This document shows, piece after piece, positions 1 to 8,576 of a stretch of DNA of 64,000 nt. The first letter of the stretch is position 1, and each line of letters starts with the position of its first letter. Location of the stretch: IMG/VR virus record IMGVR_UViG_3300020079_000007, positions 32,001-96,000 of that record. One strand, 5' to 3'. Source of the DNA: a virus (taxonomy: Duplodnaviria > Caudoviricetes). Made by a program: the position numbers and the translations under genes. The notes under the pieces were generated by a model. The model was not told the origin of the DNA and did not search any database. It worked only from the letters and a program-made list of their open reading frames with translations.

Positions 1-121
1 ATTCGTGATTGCTCCCATCTTTAAGACCTTCGTTATAACCTTCGTTATAAACAGCCTTTAAGATAAACTCAACTTTTTTGGCATCTCTTCTTAACACATC
101 TGCTAACTTCATAATTTTATA

Positions 122-866
122 TTAACTGTCAAAGCCTGTTTCAACTTTTACGAGGTCTTTAGGTGTTTCCTTTTTAAGTTTTTCAAGCTTTTCTTTGTAC
201 ATTTCAATCTTTCTTTCACAGTCCTCAATGTCTGCTTTATTTTGAAATGAAAGCGGCTTGAAAGATTCCCAGAGCGCACAATTTGATTTATAGCTTTTAG
301 GGTACTTTTTGTAAAAAACATCTTCTGCTTCTTTCTGAGTTTTTGCGAGGATTCTTTCTGTTTCTGTTGATCTTGTTACATCGCTTCGCTTATTGTAACG
401 CCCTTGAACTTCTTCGTGTACATACTGAAAATAATATGCATTTAAGAAAAAGTCCTTTTTTGTCAATTCTTCAGCAGCAGCTTTTATAACAGACTTTTCT
501 TCATCTCTTAATTCAGTATAAGGATGATATGTGTGGTCAAGATGATCTGAATTGTGGCGGGCAACAAAAATCATAATACTCTTCACCTGATACAAACTTT
601 TTAGCTCTTCCTTTATAATCTCCTGTGCTTATTATTGCAGCAATCCAACTTATCTGATAAGTCTCTAAATCTTTATTTGTCAAAACACATACACCATCAG
701 AAGAGTTGACATAAAAAATAAGATATGCATAATTACCAAGCATAAGAGAACGGATTACGATTTCGTTAAGAGGGAGCTCTTCTAAATCAGGTATCTCTAA
801 AACAAAATCGAAGTAGTGATACTGTTCTTGATGAAATTGATTTTTACCGTTTAAGAATTGAGCCAT
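122..866 (-). CDS. Hypothetical protein, probably one gene (ORFs 537..866 and 122..595 joined across a +1 T-run frameshift near 566-570)
   Basis: Removing one T from GATTTTTGTT fuses ...EEYYDF to VARHNSDH... Confidence 0.45.
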
Positions 867-880
867 ATAAAAGCCACCAT

Positions 881-914
881 AAAAAGATAGAGGGTTGACA
901 TAACATCAACCCTC
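881..914 (-). terminator. Intrinsic terminator closing the tmRNA/GIY-YIG/ncRNA unit
   Basis: Minus strand GAGGGTTGA-TGTTATG-TCAACCCTC followed by TATCTTTTT. Confidence 0.7.
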
Positions 915-1300
915 GGGGATTAGCGCACCGCGCTCTGTTCCTCCACCACTTGCTTTTTAGGAAAGCAAGAAAACCGAGGGTGTCCCGATTTCTCGAAACA
1001 ACTTATCCACCACCAATTTTTGAGAAAAATTGGAAAACAACAGTCAAGGAGTAACCATCAACTCTTAACTGTAGTGGGAGAGTGTAGCCACTCAACCCCA
1101 CCGCCAGCAGTTTTCTGTCAAAACTGCAAACTCTCAAAGGGATCCTGAACCTTTAAGAAGTTTCACTTTCACTTTCAGTTGTCCGAACTCAACTAAAGCA
1201 GGGAGGGAAACCGAAAGCAATCCCTATGGGGATAATCTCCACCACCAAGTTTCATTGATGTTTTCAGAAGGAAGCTTCAAAAAACTTGGAAACAAATACC
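915..1300 (-). ncRNA. Unclassified structured RNA with four GUUU-[hairpin]-UGGYGG units
   Basis: No ORF; dense hairpins; G-U pairs and a GAAA tetraloop (TGTTTCGA-GAAA-TCGGGACA) work only on the minus strand; ends in a terminator. Confidence 0.65.
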
Positions 1301-1900
1301 TTAAACTTTACATCGTCCTTTGGAAAAACCATCGGGACAAGTTGCGGATTTTACATTTTTGACTCCGTTAGTCCACCAATGTGTTCCAAACTGACTGTTT
1401 GCAGAACCTTTATGTGATTCTGACATTTTCTTTTTTGACTCTTCAGAAAACTTAAAACCAGTTGTTCCTTTATTGCTATGGTGATTTTTATTGCAATAGT
1501 ACCAACCTTTGTTTCTACCTTCTTTATAAGCCTTTTTCATTGCATCACTCAAATGCTTTTTATATGAGTCAGAACGATAATCAATAAATTTTGAAAGATC
1601 TCCGCCATCACCGCCACTCGCAAGATTGTACTCTGCTTTGCCAATAAGCTTTTGACAGGCTATCATACATCTTTCAAAATGATTTATCTGTTCTTTGGTA
1701 AAAAATCCTGAAATAACAATTGTCTTTTCAAAATTTTCCAAACCATATTTTCTTTGAGCCGCATTTATAAGTCTTCCCGAACCATAATAAATGTCTGTCT
1801 CAAAAGTTCTCCCCTTTCTTAGGGTGTGTTGGCCAATGTAAGTTTTTCCATTAACCAAATTTTTAATCTCATAAATATATCTAATTACTTGTGTTTCCAT
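1301..1900 (-). CDS. GIY-YIG homing endonuclease (Seg-like) with NUMOD3 motif
   Basis: YIYEIKNLVNGKTYIGQH, YYGSG, YNLASGG, FSEESKKKMSESHKG, WWTNG; ACTAATT motif just upstream. Confidence 0.9.
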   Translation of the reverse strand: METQVIRYIYEIKNLVNGKTYIGQHTLRKGRTFETDIYYGSGRLINAAQRKYGLENFEKTIVISGFFTKEQINHFERCMIACQKLIGKAEYNLASGGDGGDLSKFIDYRSDSYKKHLSDAMKKAYKEGRNKGWYYCNKNHHSNKGTTGFKFSEESKKKMSESHKGSANSQFGTHWWTNGVKNVKSATCPDGFSKGRCKV

Positions 1901-1925
1901 AAGTAATTAGTATACTTTGGATCTT

Positions 1926-2306
1926 TGGAGCTGGGGAGAATCGAACTCCCGTCCTATGTAACTGACCGCTAACACTTCTTTACAGGCTTAAACTCCATTA
2001 TTTTAGGCTTAAGGAACGGAGCAAAAACTATAGTTCGGTTGTTGATACAATCTCAGAAGCCACCAATAAACCGCTTCTTTTGAAGGTTGCTCTTTTGTGA
2101 TACAACTCCATTTGGAAAGCAATAGCCGTCTGGGTTGCAACTAAGGGAGTTTATCCCCTTAGGTTAGGCAGCGATTCTTGCGAATACGCTGTTGCTCTTG
2201 CGAGCGAAAACTGAACGTTTTGTTGCAGTTATTTTTGTTCGTATTAAGGTCGACACCTTTACCTGATGTTAGAAACCACTTTACAAGTCGAAACCTGTGC
2301 AGCCCC
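1926..2306 (-). ncRNA. ssrA: tmRNA (one-piece), tag ATKRSVFARKSNSVFARIAA
   Basis: 5' GGGGCTGCACAGGTTTCGAC; 3' GACGGGAGTTCGATTCTCCCCAGCTCCA; G3-U70 acceptor stem; ATAACT-GCA resume context; tag ORF 2164..2226 ends AA-stop; CCA not encoded. Confidence 0.95.
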
Positions 2307-2332
2307 TTATATTTAATATATTAACAAGAACT

Positions 2333-2734
2333 TTAGATTAAGTCCAAAATTCTTCTTAATCTTTCTATGTTCAAGTTTGAAAATTGCTTAATCGTATCAA
2401 CATTTTCAATTCCTGTTGAAGCAAGCTTATCAATGTTTTTCAAATCCTCAATCAAGAATCTGATTGCATCTGATACCAAAGCTTTCATATTTGAAGCAAC
2501 AGTCAAATTTCCGTCTTCGATGTATGGAGCCAACTTTGCGTAAGAGTTGTTTACAAACTTTACGAAGTCAGCTGACTGATGATTGTCGTAAACAGCCTCA
2601 CTAAACTTTTGGAGAATTGTTCTGCTCTCTAAGTCAGAACCTTCTGTAAGTTTTATATAGTAGTTGAGGTTTAGTCTTTCACTAAACATAAGAACTTGTA
2701 AAACATAATTCTTCAAAAGTTTTGTATGATCCAT
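2333..2734 (-). CDS. Hypothetical protein
   Basis: 133 aa ORF with AGGTG RBS. Confidence 0.55.
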   Translation of the reverse strand: MDHTKLLKNYVLQVLMFSERLNLNYYIKLTEGSDLESRTILQKFSEAVYDNHQSADFVKFVNNSYAKLAPYIEDGNLTVASNMKALVSDAIRFLIEDLKNIDKLASTGIENVDTIKQFSNLNIERLRRILDLI

Positions 2735-2750
2735 TTATGCCACCTGATAA

Positions 2751-2909
2751 TTAGCGGATTATGTTTGCAAAAATAGTTGCGTTCCTTCGCTGAACAATTT
2801 TACCATCTTTGCGGCCAATAAATACGCCTGCTGTCTTGTTGTAAGAAAGCTGCCATCCATTGAACTCAGCATCAAAGCCGCGGCGAACTGTTTCCAAAAG
2901 TTCCATCAT
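2751..2909 (-). CDS. Small hypothetical protein (MMELLETVRRGFDAEF...)
   Basis: 52-codon ORF read by hand; AGGAGG RBS. Confidence 0.5.
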   Translation of the reverse strand: MMELLETVRRGFDAEFNGWQLSYNKTAGVFIGRKDGKIVQRRNATIFANIIR

Positions 2910-2930
2910 AATTAAAAACCTCCTGCGCTT

Positions 2931-3211
2931 TTACGCAACATAAGTTGTATATTCGTTAGTTCCGCTGTCTCTTTCAAGAACAGTTTGAACCATTTTAAGA
3001 CCTAAGTCATTTCCAACAAAATCCTGCAAGTCAGCAACTTTTCTTATTGAGCCATCAGGAAGTTGTCTTTCTTCAGTAGAAGCTGAAAGTCCGCCCACGC
3101 CAACCATTGCAAGAGCGTCCCACATTGAACTGTATTTTTTTAGGAGTCATATTCCCGTTACCATAATCAGCAACAAGGTCCGCAATCAACTCTTTTTTAG
3201 CAAGTTCCATT
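2931..3211 (-). CDS. Hypothetical protein, frameshifted in an A7 run near 3135-3141
   Basis: MELAKKELIADL...MTPKK joins YSSMWDAL... if the run is A6; GGAG RBS. Confidence 0.4.
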
Positions 3212-3308
3212 GTCAACTCCAATGAAGGTTTCCCGCTCCTTGGGTCCACCTACAAACCCCGTAAACCATCGGTAAGAACCGACTCAATGCAGGCTGTCAA
3301 CCAACCTG

Positions 3309-3344
3309 ACAATAATAATATAAAGAAGGATAATAAAAAGTATA
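3309..3344 (-). promoter_or_regulatory. Putative early-class promoter TA(A/T)ACTT-N12-CTTTATATTATTATTGT
   Basis: Same motif and spacing at 13812-13847, 28935-28970, 40387-40422, 50914-50949, 61281-61315. Confidence 0.65.
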
Positions 3345-3398
3345 AATTTCTCTTATACTTTTTTTTATTTATCCCCTCCATTATAGTTCAAAAATTCG
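3341..3398 (-). repeat. Dispersed intergenic repeat, copy 1 (core CGAATTTTTGAACTATAATGGAGGG)
   Basis: Identical 25-bp core at 16969 (+) and 58735 (-). Confidence 0.85.
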
Positions 3399-3400
3399 CC

Positions 3401-4006
3401 TTAGTCGTCGTGTTTTTCGCCTTCTCTCCAAGGATTGTATGGGTACATAGCGCCGCATTTTCTACAAATGTTGTATTCTGCGCCGTGCATAATGTTCATA
3501 GGCAATTTTGCATAGCCAAAAACTTTACCGCCGCAGTTAGGACAAGGACCGTTATAGCCGTTAGGAAGTGGGTTGCTTCCCCAAGTTCCTATAACGCCGT
3601 TACTGCCTGAGCCTTCATCTCCATTGCAATATTTTTCAACATCAGCAGCAGATGCCCAAAGATTGCAGTCTTCAACAGTGTAAGAGCCGAGGTCATAATA
3701 GTTATATTTCATCTGACCTACTGTTTGGTCAAGAATGATGACTTCATTATCTTTATTGTCTTCAAACCAATCTTCAAATGAGTCATAGCCTTCTTCTGTA
3801 AGGTCAGTTGATATTTCATCTTTAAGGTCTTCGACTTTACCCATAGCGATAACTTTTGCCTCGGAGTCTTCTCCGAAGCCACCTGTGCCGTGGGCGTAAA
3901 CATCACAACCTGCATCAAGAAGTGACTTCAAATCTTTTTCATTAGTTACTTCTGACATCCCGATTGTTGACTCACGGTATATGTTTTCAAATAACTTGTT
4001 CTCCAT
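3401..4006 (-). CDS. Acidic protein with C-terminal Zn ribbon, putative internal head protein
   Basis: Likely start MENKLFENIYRES; CPNC...CRKC. Confidence 0.55.
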   Translation of the reverse strand: MENKLFENIYRESTIGMSEVTNEKDLKSLLDAGCDVYAHGTGGFGEDSEAKVIAMGKVEDLKDEISTDLTEEGYDSFEDWFEDNKDNEVIILDQTVGQMKYNYYDLGSYTVEDCNLWASAADVEKYCNGDEGSGSNGVIGTWGSNPLPNGYNGPCPNCGGKVFGYAKLPMNIMHGAEYNICRKCGAMYPYNPWREGEKHDD

Positions 4007-4017
4007 TGTGTATCTCC

Positions 4018-4719
4018 TTAAAATTTTCCAAACGGCAAATGAACTTTTACGCAATCACCTTCGATTATCATATTATGTTCAATGTCTTTATATTTATAAC
4101 CGTAATCTTTTGGGACAGTGCGACAAAAGTTTTTACGGAATTCTTCTGTATCTTCAATTGGGTGCTCGAAAATAATTGTTATGTCTTCATCACCGTTAGG
4201 TAAACAATCAATCATTTTATTATCATTAAAACGATTGTATATTCTTTCCCAGTTTTTGTAAAGATTGCGCATAAACTTACTAACGTCTTGTTCAGTTCTG
4301 TCTGTTGCCTGTCTGTAATCGGCGTGCATCATTTCATTCTGACCGTGCCAACTGATTGCAACGACTTTACCGTATGGGAAAATTTCACATTTAAGATATA
4401 TGTACTTTTTTCGATCTTTAACTGGGACGCAAACAGAAAACAAATACAATTCACCGCCTTCTTTGTTTCTGTTAGGTAAAACACATATTAAGTTTTTTGG
4501 CTCAAGAAACATATCAATAATCTTACAAGAAGTTTCTTTTGTCAAATGTTCATTGTGCATAAAATCACGGTTCTTATCTCTGTCTGCAATTTCAAATCTA
4601 TGAGCTTTGATAGCTTGTTTGATTTTTGCAACAGCAGATGCAGCTTCTTCAGGAGTATGATGTCTTATTGCATTTGCTTTTGTTTCAAGCAGTATTTCAA
4701 GAAAAACTTTATCGTTCAT
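4018..4719 (-). CDS. MqsR/RelE-like ribonuclease domain protein (putative)
   Basis: RDKNRDFM...ELYLF...YIYLKCEI...VAISWH pattern resembles MqsR-type toxins. Confidence 0.45.
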   Translation of the reverse strand: MNDKVFLEILLETKANAIRHHTPEEAASAVAKIKQAIKAHRFEIADRDKNRDFMHNEHLTKETSCKIIDMFLEPKNLICVLPNRNKEGGELYLFSVCVPVKDRKKYIYLKCEIFPYGKVVAISWHGQNEMMHADYRQATDRTEQDVSKFMRNLYKNWERIYNRFNDNKMIDCLPNGDEDITIIFEHPIEDTEEFRKNFCRTVPKDYGYKYKDIEHNMIIEGDCVKVHLPFGKF

Positions 4720-4753
4720 AGTCTTTAAACTAAATTATATATTTAGTTGGAGG

Positions 4754-5242
4754 TTGTATATGAAGACAGAAGCGGAGTATTGTTCTGTTATAATTCATTC
4801 ACTTAATGAAGCAGGCATAGGATATAAGATCCCAGACGCGTCCGGTCAATTTGCTGCAACAATCAAAAGATGCTTTGATATTATCGGAAGAATTGGTGAA
4901 TGCCCAGTTTACTTGGAAGCAAAGTTTAATAAAAAGATGGCAGCTTGCTCAATGAAAAGGGTTGAGGAACACCAAGCATCTTACCTTGATGAGTTTGCAA
5001 AAATCCCAAATGCAATGTGTTTCCTTGCTTGGGGCATTCAGGTTGCAAGAGGCGACTGCCGTTCTTATGTTTTTGATTGGAGGGCAGTGTCAGAGTTGTA
5101 TAAAAAAGGATATTCATTTCACATCAAAGAATTGGAAAAGTTACCTTATAATGAAATACATAAAAGCACATTTCAATTTGTTAATATCATTACAAAAGAA
5201 GATATTATAAAAGCTTGTGGGGATATTTATGATAAAAGCTAA
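4754..5242 (+). CDS. Holliday junction resolvase-like PD-(D/E)xK nuclease (RecU-like)
   Basis: YKIPD...FDIIG...YLEAK, VEEHQ. Confidence 0.65.
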   Translation: MYMKTEAEYCSVIIHSLNEAGIGYKIPDASGQFAATIKRCFDIIGRIGECPVYLEAKFNKKMAACSMKRVEEHQASYLDEFAKIPNAMCFLAWGIQVARGDCRSYVFDWRAVSELYKKGYSFHIKELEKLPYNEIHKSTFQFVNIITKEDIIKACGDIYDKS

Positions 5243-5417
5243 ATACGTTTGTCCTGAATGTAAAAAAGAAGTGATTGTAAAATTTAAGGCAGGAGAAACT
5301 CCTGCCTGTCCAAAATGCTGTAATAAAGATATGATTCGCCAATACGGCACAATCAAACTAGGTGATACAGTTGATGAACAAATGATTCACCTAGCTCAAT
5401 CAATGTTGTATTCTTAA
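5229..5417 (+). CDS. FmdB-like zinc-ribbon protein
   Basis: YVCPEC...CPKC. Confidence 0.55.
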   Translation: MIKAKYVCPECKKEVIVKFKAGETPACPKCCNKDMIRQYGTIKLGDTVDEQMIHLAQSMLYS

Positions 5418-6508
5418 AGTCCCTGTCTTTCAGGTGCAATATCATCCCAAATTTTTTCTGCCTGATCTTCAAAGCCGTATTCAAATAACTCACTTGCAAG
5501 GTCATCAAGTTCTTCGTAAGATGCATCACCACGATTGAAAATATTGCTATGTAAATCGAGGAAGTCTTCACCGCCATCCAAGTTTCTAAGGTCTGTAGCA
5601 ATATCATAAATCAAACCTTTAGAGTCATAATGTGCACTTTCTTTAAGGAAACTTTCTACAAGTTTGTTGTCTTCAACCTTTTTTGACTCATTAAGAGGTC
5701 CAAGAATTGCATCTGGGTCAATCTTCAAGTAACGAGCCATCTCTGATTGTGTAATACCGTGATCTTTCAAAATATCACCAATATCAAGTGCAGAGTACAA
5801 AGTTGCTTTTGTTACCCCAAGTTCATCTGCAATTTGTGGAACTGTCTTTTCTCCAGTCAATACTTTTGCAATAACAGTTTTTCTTGGTGTTGAGATTTTC
5901 TTTGAAAGAGGCTCATTCATTCTTGGGTCACGACAGAAATCTTTCCAGTCTTCAAGGAAGTCTGCGTCGTGTTCGTCTTCAGCGCCGCCAACCATTGAGT
6001 CCCAAGCGTTTCCTGTTCCTGCGCCTTTGCTTTCTGTTTCAGATGTCATACCGTCAGGATTTATTGCACCTTTTGTTGGGTCGTCATCTTCTTTGTTGTT
6101 GTATGAAATTGCTTCAGCTTTCAAGTAGCGTCCCAAGTAATACTGGAAGTTTCCAATTTTCATATCCTGATATTCATCTGGATTGAAAGCTTTAATTGCT
6201 TTTTCAAACGCAATATAAACCAAAGACAAGAAGTCGCCAAATTCGCCGTTGGCAATTCTCATTTTGATAACTTTCTTTGAAGCTTCTTTTCCAATGAAGT
6301 TTGTCCAGAAAGTATAGAAAATCATTTTCTTACATTTGTTCAAAAGGAAAATTTCAGCATCATCGTCGCCTTCTTTTGCGTCAAAGATTGCTCCAAGTAT
6401 GTCATCCTCATATTCGCGAGCTTTATCGGTCATAGCGAAAAGTTCATCAAATTGAGAATTCAAAGCTCCGTAGTTATCTTCCTTTGCTTCTTTTATCTGT
6501 TCAGCCAT
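5414..6508 (-). CDS. RNA polymerase sigma-factor-like protein
   Basis: Region-2-like DFLSLVYIAFEKAIKAFNP...FQYYLGRYL; HTH TVPQIADELGVTKATL; likely start MAEQIK. Confidence 0.55.
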   Translation of the reverse strand: MAEQIKEAKEDNYGALNSQFDELFAMTDKAREYEDDILGAIFDAKEGDDDAEIFLLNKCKKMIFYTFWTNFIGKEASKKVIKMRIANGEFGDFLSLVYIAFEKAIKAFNPDEYQDMKIGNFQYYLGRYLKAEAISYNNKEDDDPTKGAINPDGMTSETESKGAGTGNAWDSMVGGAEDEHDADFLEDWKDFCRDPRMNEPLSKKISTPRKTVIAKVLTGEKTVPQIADELGVTKATLYSALDIGDILKDHGITQSEMARYLKIDPDAILGPLNESKKVEDNKLVESFLKESAHYDSKGLIYDIATDLRNLDGGEDFLDLHSNIFNRGDASYEELDDLASELFEYGFEDQAEKIWDDIAPERQGL

Positions 6509-6515
6509 TATAGTC

Positions 6516-6539
6516 TCCACTAATAAAATAATTAGTGGA
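6516..6539 (-). promoter_or_regulatory. RBS-occluding hairpin containing an ACTAATT late-type promoter motif
   Basis: TCCACTAAT-TATTTT-ATTAGTGGA; the 3' arm covers GGA of the GGAG RBS. Confidence 0.55.
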
Positions 6540-6541
6540 AC

Positions 6542-6949
6542 TTATATTATCTTTCGTGGGTTATTATAAACAATTATTTTATGTGGCTTGTTTTTTGATT
6601 GACACAATATAATGTCGTGTTTTGTGCCTCTACTTTGGCCGTCCCATAAAATAAGACAGTAATCACATTTGTCTACCATCTCAATGTTACGCTTAAAGCC
6701 TGCCCACGCACCATATTTACCCCATTCAGCAGGAAAATCCCAAGTAAGAACTTTATGTTTATCTGCCCAATCTTTTGCAATCTTATCAACACCACGAGCA
6801 AGGCCTTGAATAATTACAAAATCTCTATCACCTGTCCCATATTTTGCTTCTTGGTCTTTATAAATAAACTTAAGATACTCTTCTATTTGATGCTCAATCC
6901 AAGGCACATCAGTAATTGTCCTTGAACCGCAAACCATTACTCCAACCAT
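6542..6949 (-). CDS. SLOG/YspA-like (DUF2493) protein
   Basis: VCGSR, IIQGLARGVD, AGFKRNIEM, WDGQSRGT. Confidence 0.8.
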   Translation of the reverse strand: MVGVMVCGSRTITDVPWIEHQIEEYLKFIYKDQEAKYGTGDRDFVIIQGLARGVDKIAKDWADKHKVLTWDFPAEWGKYGAWAGFKRNIEMVDKCDYCLILWDGQSRGTKHDIILCQSKNKPHKIIVYNNPRKII

Positions 6950-6957
6950 TGTTCACC

Positions 6958-7383
6958 TTACTTTTTCATATGTTCAAGGATATGGTCAGTAGGCTGCAAT
7001 TCACAAGCTTTAACAACTAAACCATCAGCAGGACAGCCTGCTCTTTCAACTCTTACTTTTGAACTGTCTGCAAAAACGTAATCTTTATTATCAACATCAT
7101 CGTGAACTCTGATTGCTTTCATTCCAATTGAACCTACGAATGTTCCGAAACCTGTCATCGAGTGCAAGTCAGATGTATCTGAACCGTCACGATATACTGA
7201 GTAAAGAACTGGGTCAGGTTTTGCTTTTTGCCCTTCAGGTGAGTCAAATGTTGAGTCAGGACACTCATTAAGAAATGTATCAATTGAAGCAAGTCGCGCT
7301 TGAAGAGAAGCAAAGTCACAAGTTAACAAAAAGTAACCTCTTTGTCCGCCTTCACGACAATTTTCTTTTTTCTTTATAAACAT
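6958..7383 (-). CDS. Family A DNA polymerase, middle fragment (motif A) with Hint-like C-terminal tail
   Basis: GYFLLTCDFASLQARLA (motif A), DLHSMT; tail ...VRVERAG...VVKACELQPTDHI. Confidence 0.8.
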   Translation of the reverse strand: MFIKKKENCREGGQRGYFLLTCDFASLQARLASIDTFLNECPDSTFDSPEGQKAKPDPVLYSVYRDGSDTSDLHSMTGFGTFVGSIGMKAIRVHDDVDNKDYVFADSSKVRVERAGCPADGLVVKACELQPTDHILEHMKK

Positions 7384-7387
7384 ATAT

Positions 7388-7411
7388 TCTCCCTAGCACC
7401 GAAATGTGCCA
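7388..7411 (-). promoter_or_regulatory. Operator-like hairpin abutting the SD of the polymerase middle fragment
   Basis: TGGCAC-ATTTCG-GTGCTA-GGGAGA; covarying twin at 61337-61360. Confidence 0.6.
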
Positions 7412-7442
7412 TAATCTTATATTTTATATTAACTAAATTTTT

Positions 7443-7622
7443 ATGTTAAAAATCATAACAGCAAATAACGAATATTACTTATATGACGACTACGACTTTT
7501 ATGGTCCTTACCATTCAATCGCTGACGCAACTTTTGCAAGGCATACTCTTTCAAGACAGCACAAAATTTCATTGGAAGAATCTGCTCAACTTTTAGGATA
7601 TAAGTTTATCACTAACTTGTAA
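7443..7622 (+). CDS. Small hypothetical protein (MLKIITANNEYY...)
   Basis: 59-codon ORF directly after ACTAAAT; contains SLEES. Confidence 0.45.
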   Translation: MLKIITANNEYYLYDDYDFYGPYHSIADATFARHTLSRQHKISLEESAQLLGYKFITNL

Positions 7623-7626
7623 AGTA

Positions 7627-7974
7627 TCAGAATAACGCATTCCAGTCATCATCAATCTCTACGTCATAACGATACAATAACTTTACATCTTTATAAATAT
7701 ATTCTTTTCGGGGTGCGGTTATTATAAGACAATCGTCAAACTCTTCAATCGTAAATGAGTTATAATCTTTTGAAAAGTTCCAAGGGTTATCATCATATTT
7801 ACTTTGTATAGCAATGTAATCATCGCCGCATTTGAGAGTTGAGTAACCCTTAATATAATTTTCAGGCTTTACAAATGTTGCAACCCATTTACCTAAAATG
7901 TTTTCTTCAAAAGCAAGATGGACTTCTCTGAGTTCATTCATAAATCTGCCTCTCATAGCTTCTTTCAAACTCAT
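7627..7974 (-). CDS. Hypothetical protein
   Basis: ORF coupled to the upstream gene. Confidence 0.55.
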   Translation of the reverse strand: MSLKEAMRGRFMNELREVHLAFEENILGKWVATFVKPENYIKGYSTLKCGDDYIAIQSKYDDNPWNFSKDYNSFTIEEFDDCLIITAPRKEYIYKDVKLLYRYDVEIDDDWNALF

Positions 7975-8517
7975 ATTGTAAACGGCTCATTTCTCCAATC
8001 CCTTGGAGATATTTTCTTTTCAAGCTTGTCCATTCTCTCAAGAAGTTTTGCAATAATTTCAAGCATAAACCAATCGGGATTCATATTACCATTAGGATGC
8101 GCATTATTTGCATCATCAATAATCTGTTGTGCTTCGTTCAATTTTTCTTGATGATACGCTTCTTCCGCAGCTTTCCTTTCTGCTTCTCGCAATTCTTCAA
8201 TTTTTGGCTCAACGTATTGTTTCCAATTTTTACCGTCAACATCAGGACTTACTCGAGGTCTTCCCATATAGTCGTAATTACTTAAAGCTTCTTTTGCAAA
8301 TTCAAGAGCATCTTCTTCAGTAAAATTGTCATTAAGTTTTCGAAGATAACAATGGCGGCAAAGTCCTTTGAAGCGGTCATTCATTTCCCAAACAAAAGTA
8401 TGTCCTTCTGCTTTATAAAGGTCACCGCATTCTTTACATTTGATTGTTTTTTCTTTTTTCTTCAAAAAGACCAAAGAGATGCTTGTCAACTCCATCAATA
8501 TTTAATTTATAAGCCAT
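7971..8517 (-). CDS. Zn-finger hypothetical protein; true start probably 8517 with an A-run frameshift near 8455
   Basis: CKEC...CRHC; MAYKLNIDGVDKHLFGLFEE joins KEKTIKC if one A is removed. Confidence 0.5.
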
Positions 8518-8576
8518 TACTGTTCCTCTTTTTCTTCAAAGTCCTACTAAATAAAAAATCAAGGAATAGTAGGATT

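Noticed and set aside
915-1244. Plus-strand GGGGATT...AATCTCCACCA resembling an Ala acceptor stem (second tmRNA or tRNA)
   Set aside because: No T-arm. G-U pairs, the GAAA tetraloop and the terminator favour the minus strand.
940-1298. CRISPR array
   Set aside because: Units share only short flanks, spacing is irregular, and there are no identical repeats or cas genes.
6940-7440. Trans-splicing group I/II intron joining the polymerase fragments
   Set aside because: No room for intron RNA: the next gene starts 9 nt after the stop, and only a promoter and short hairpin precede the start.
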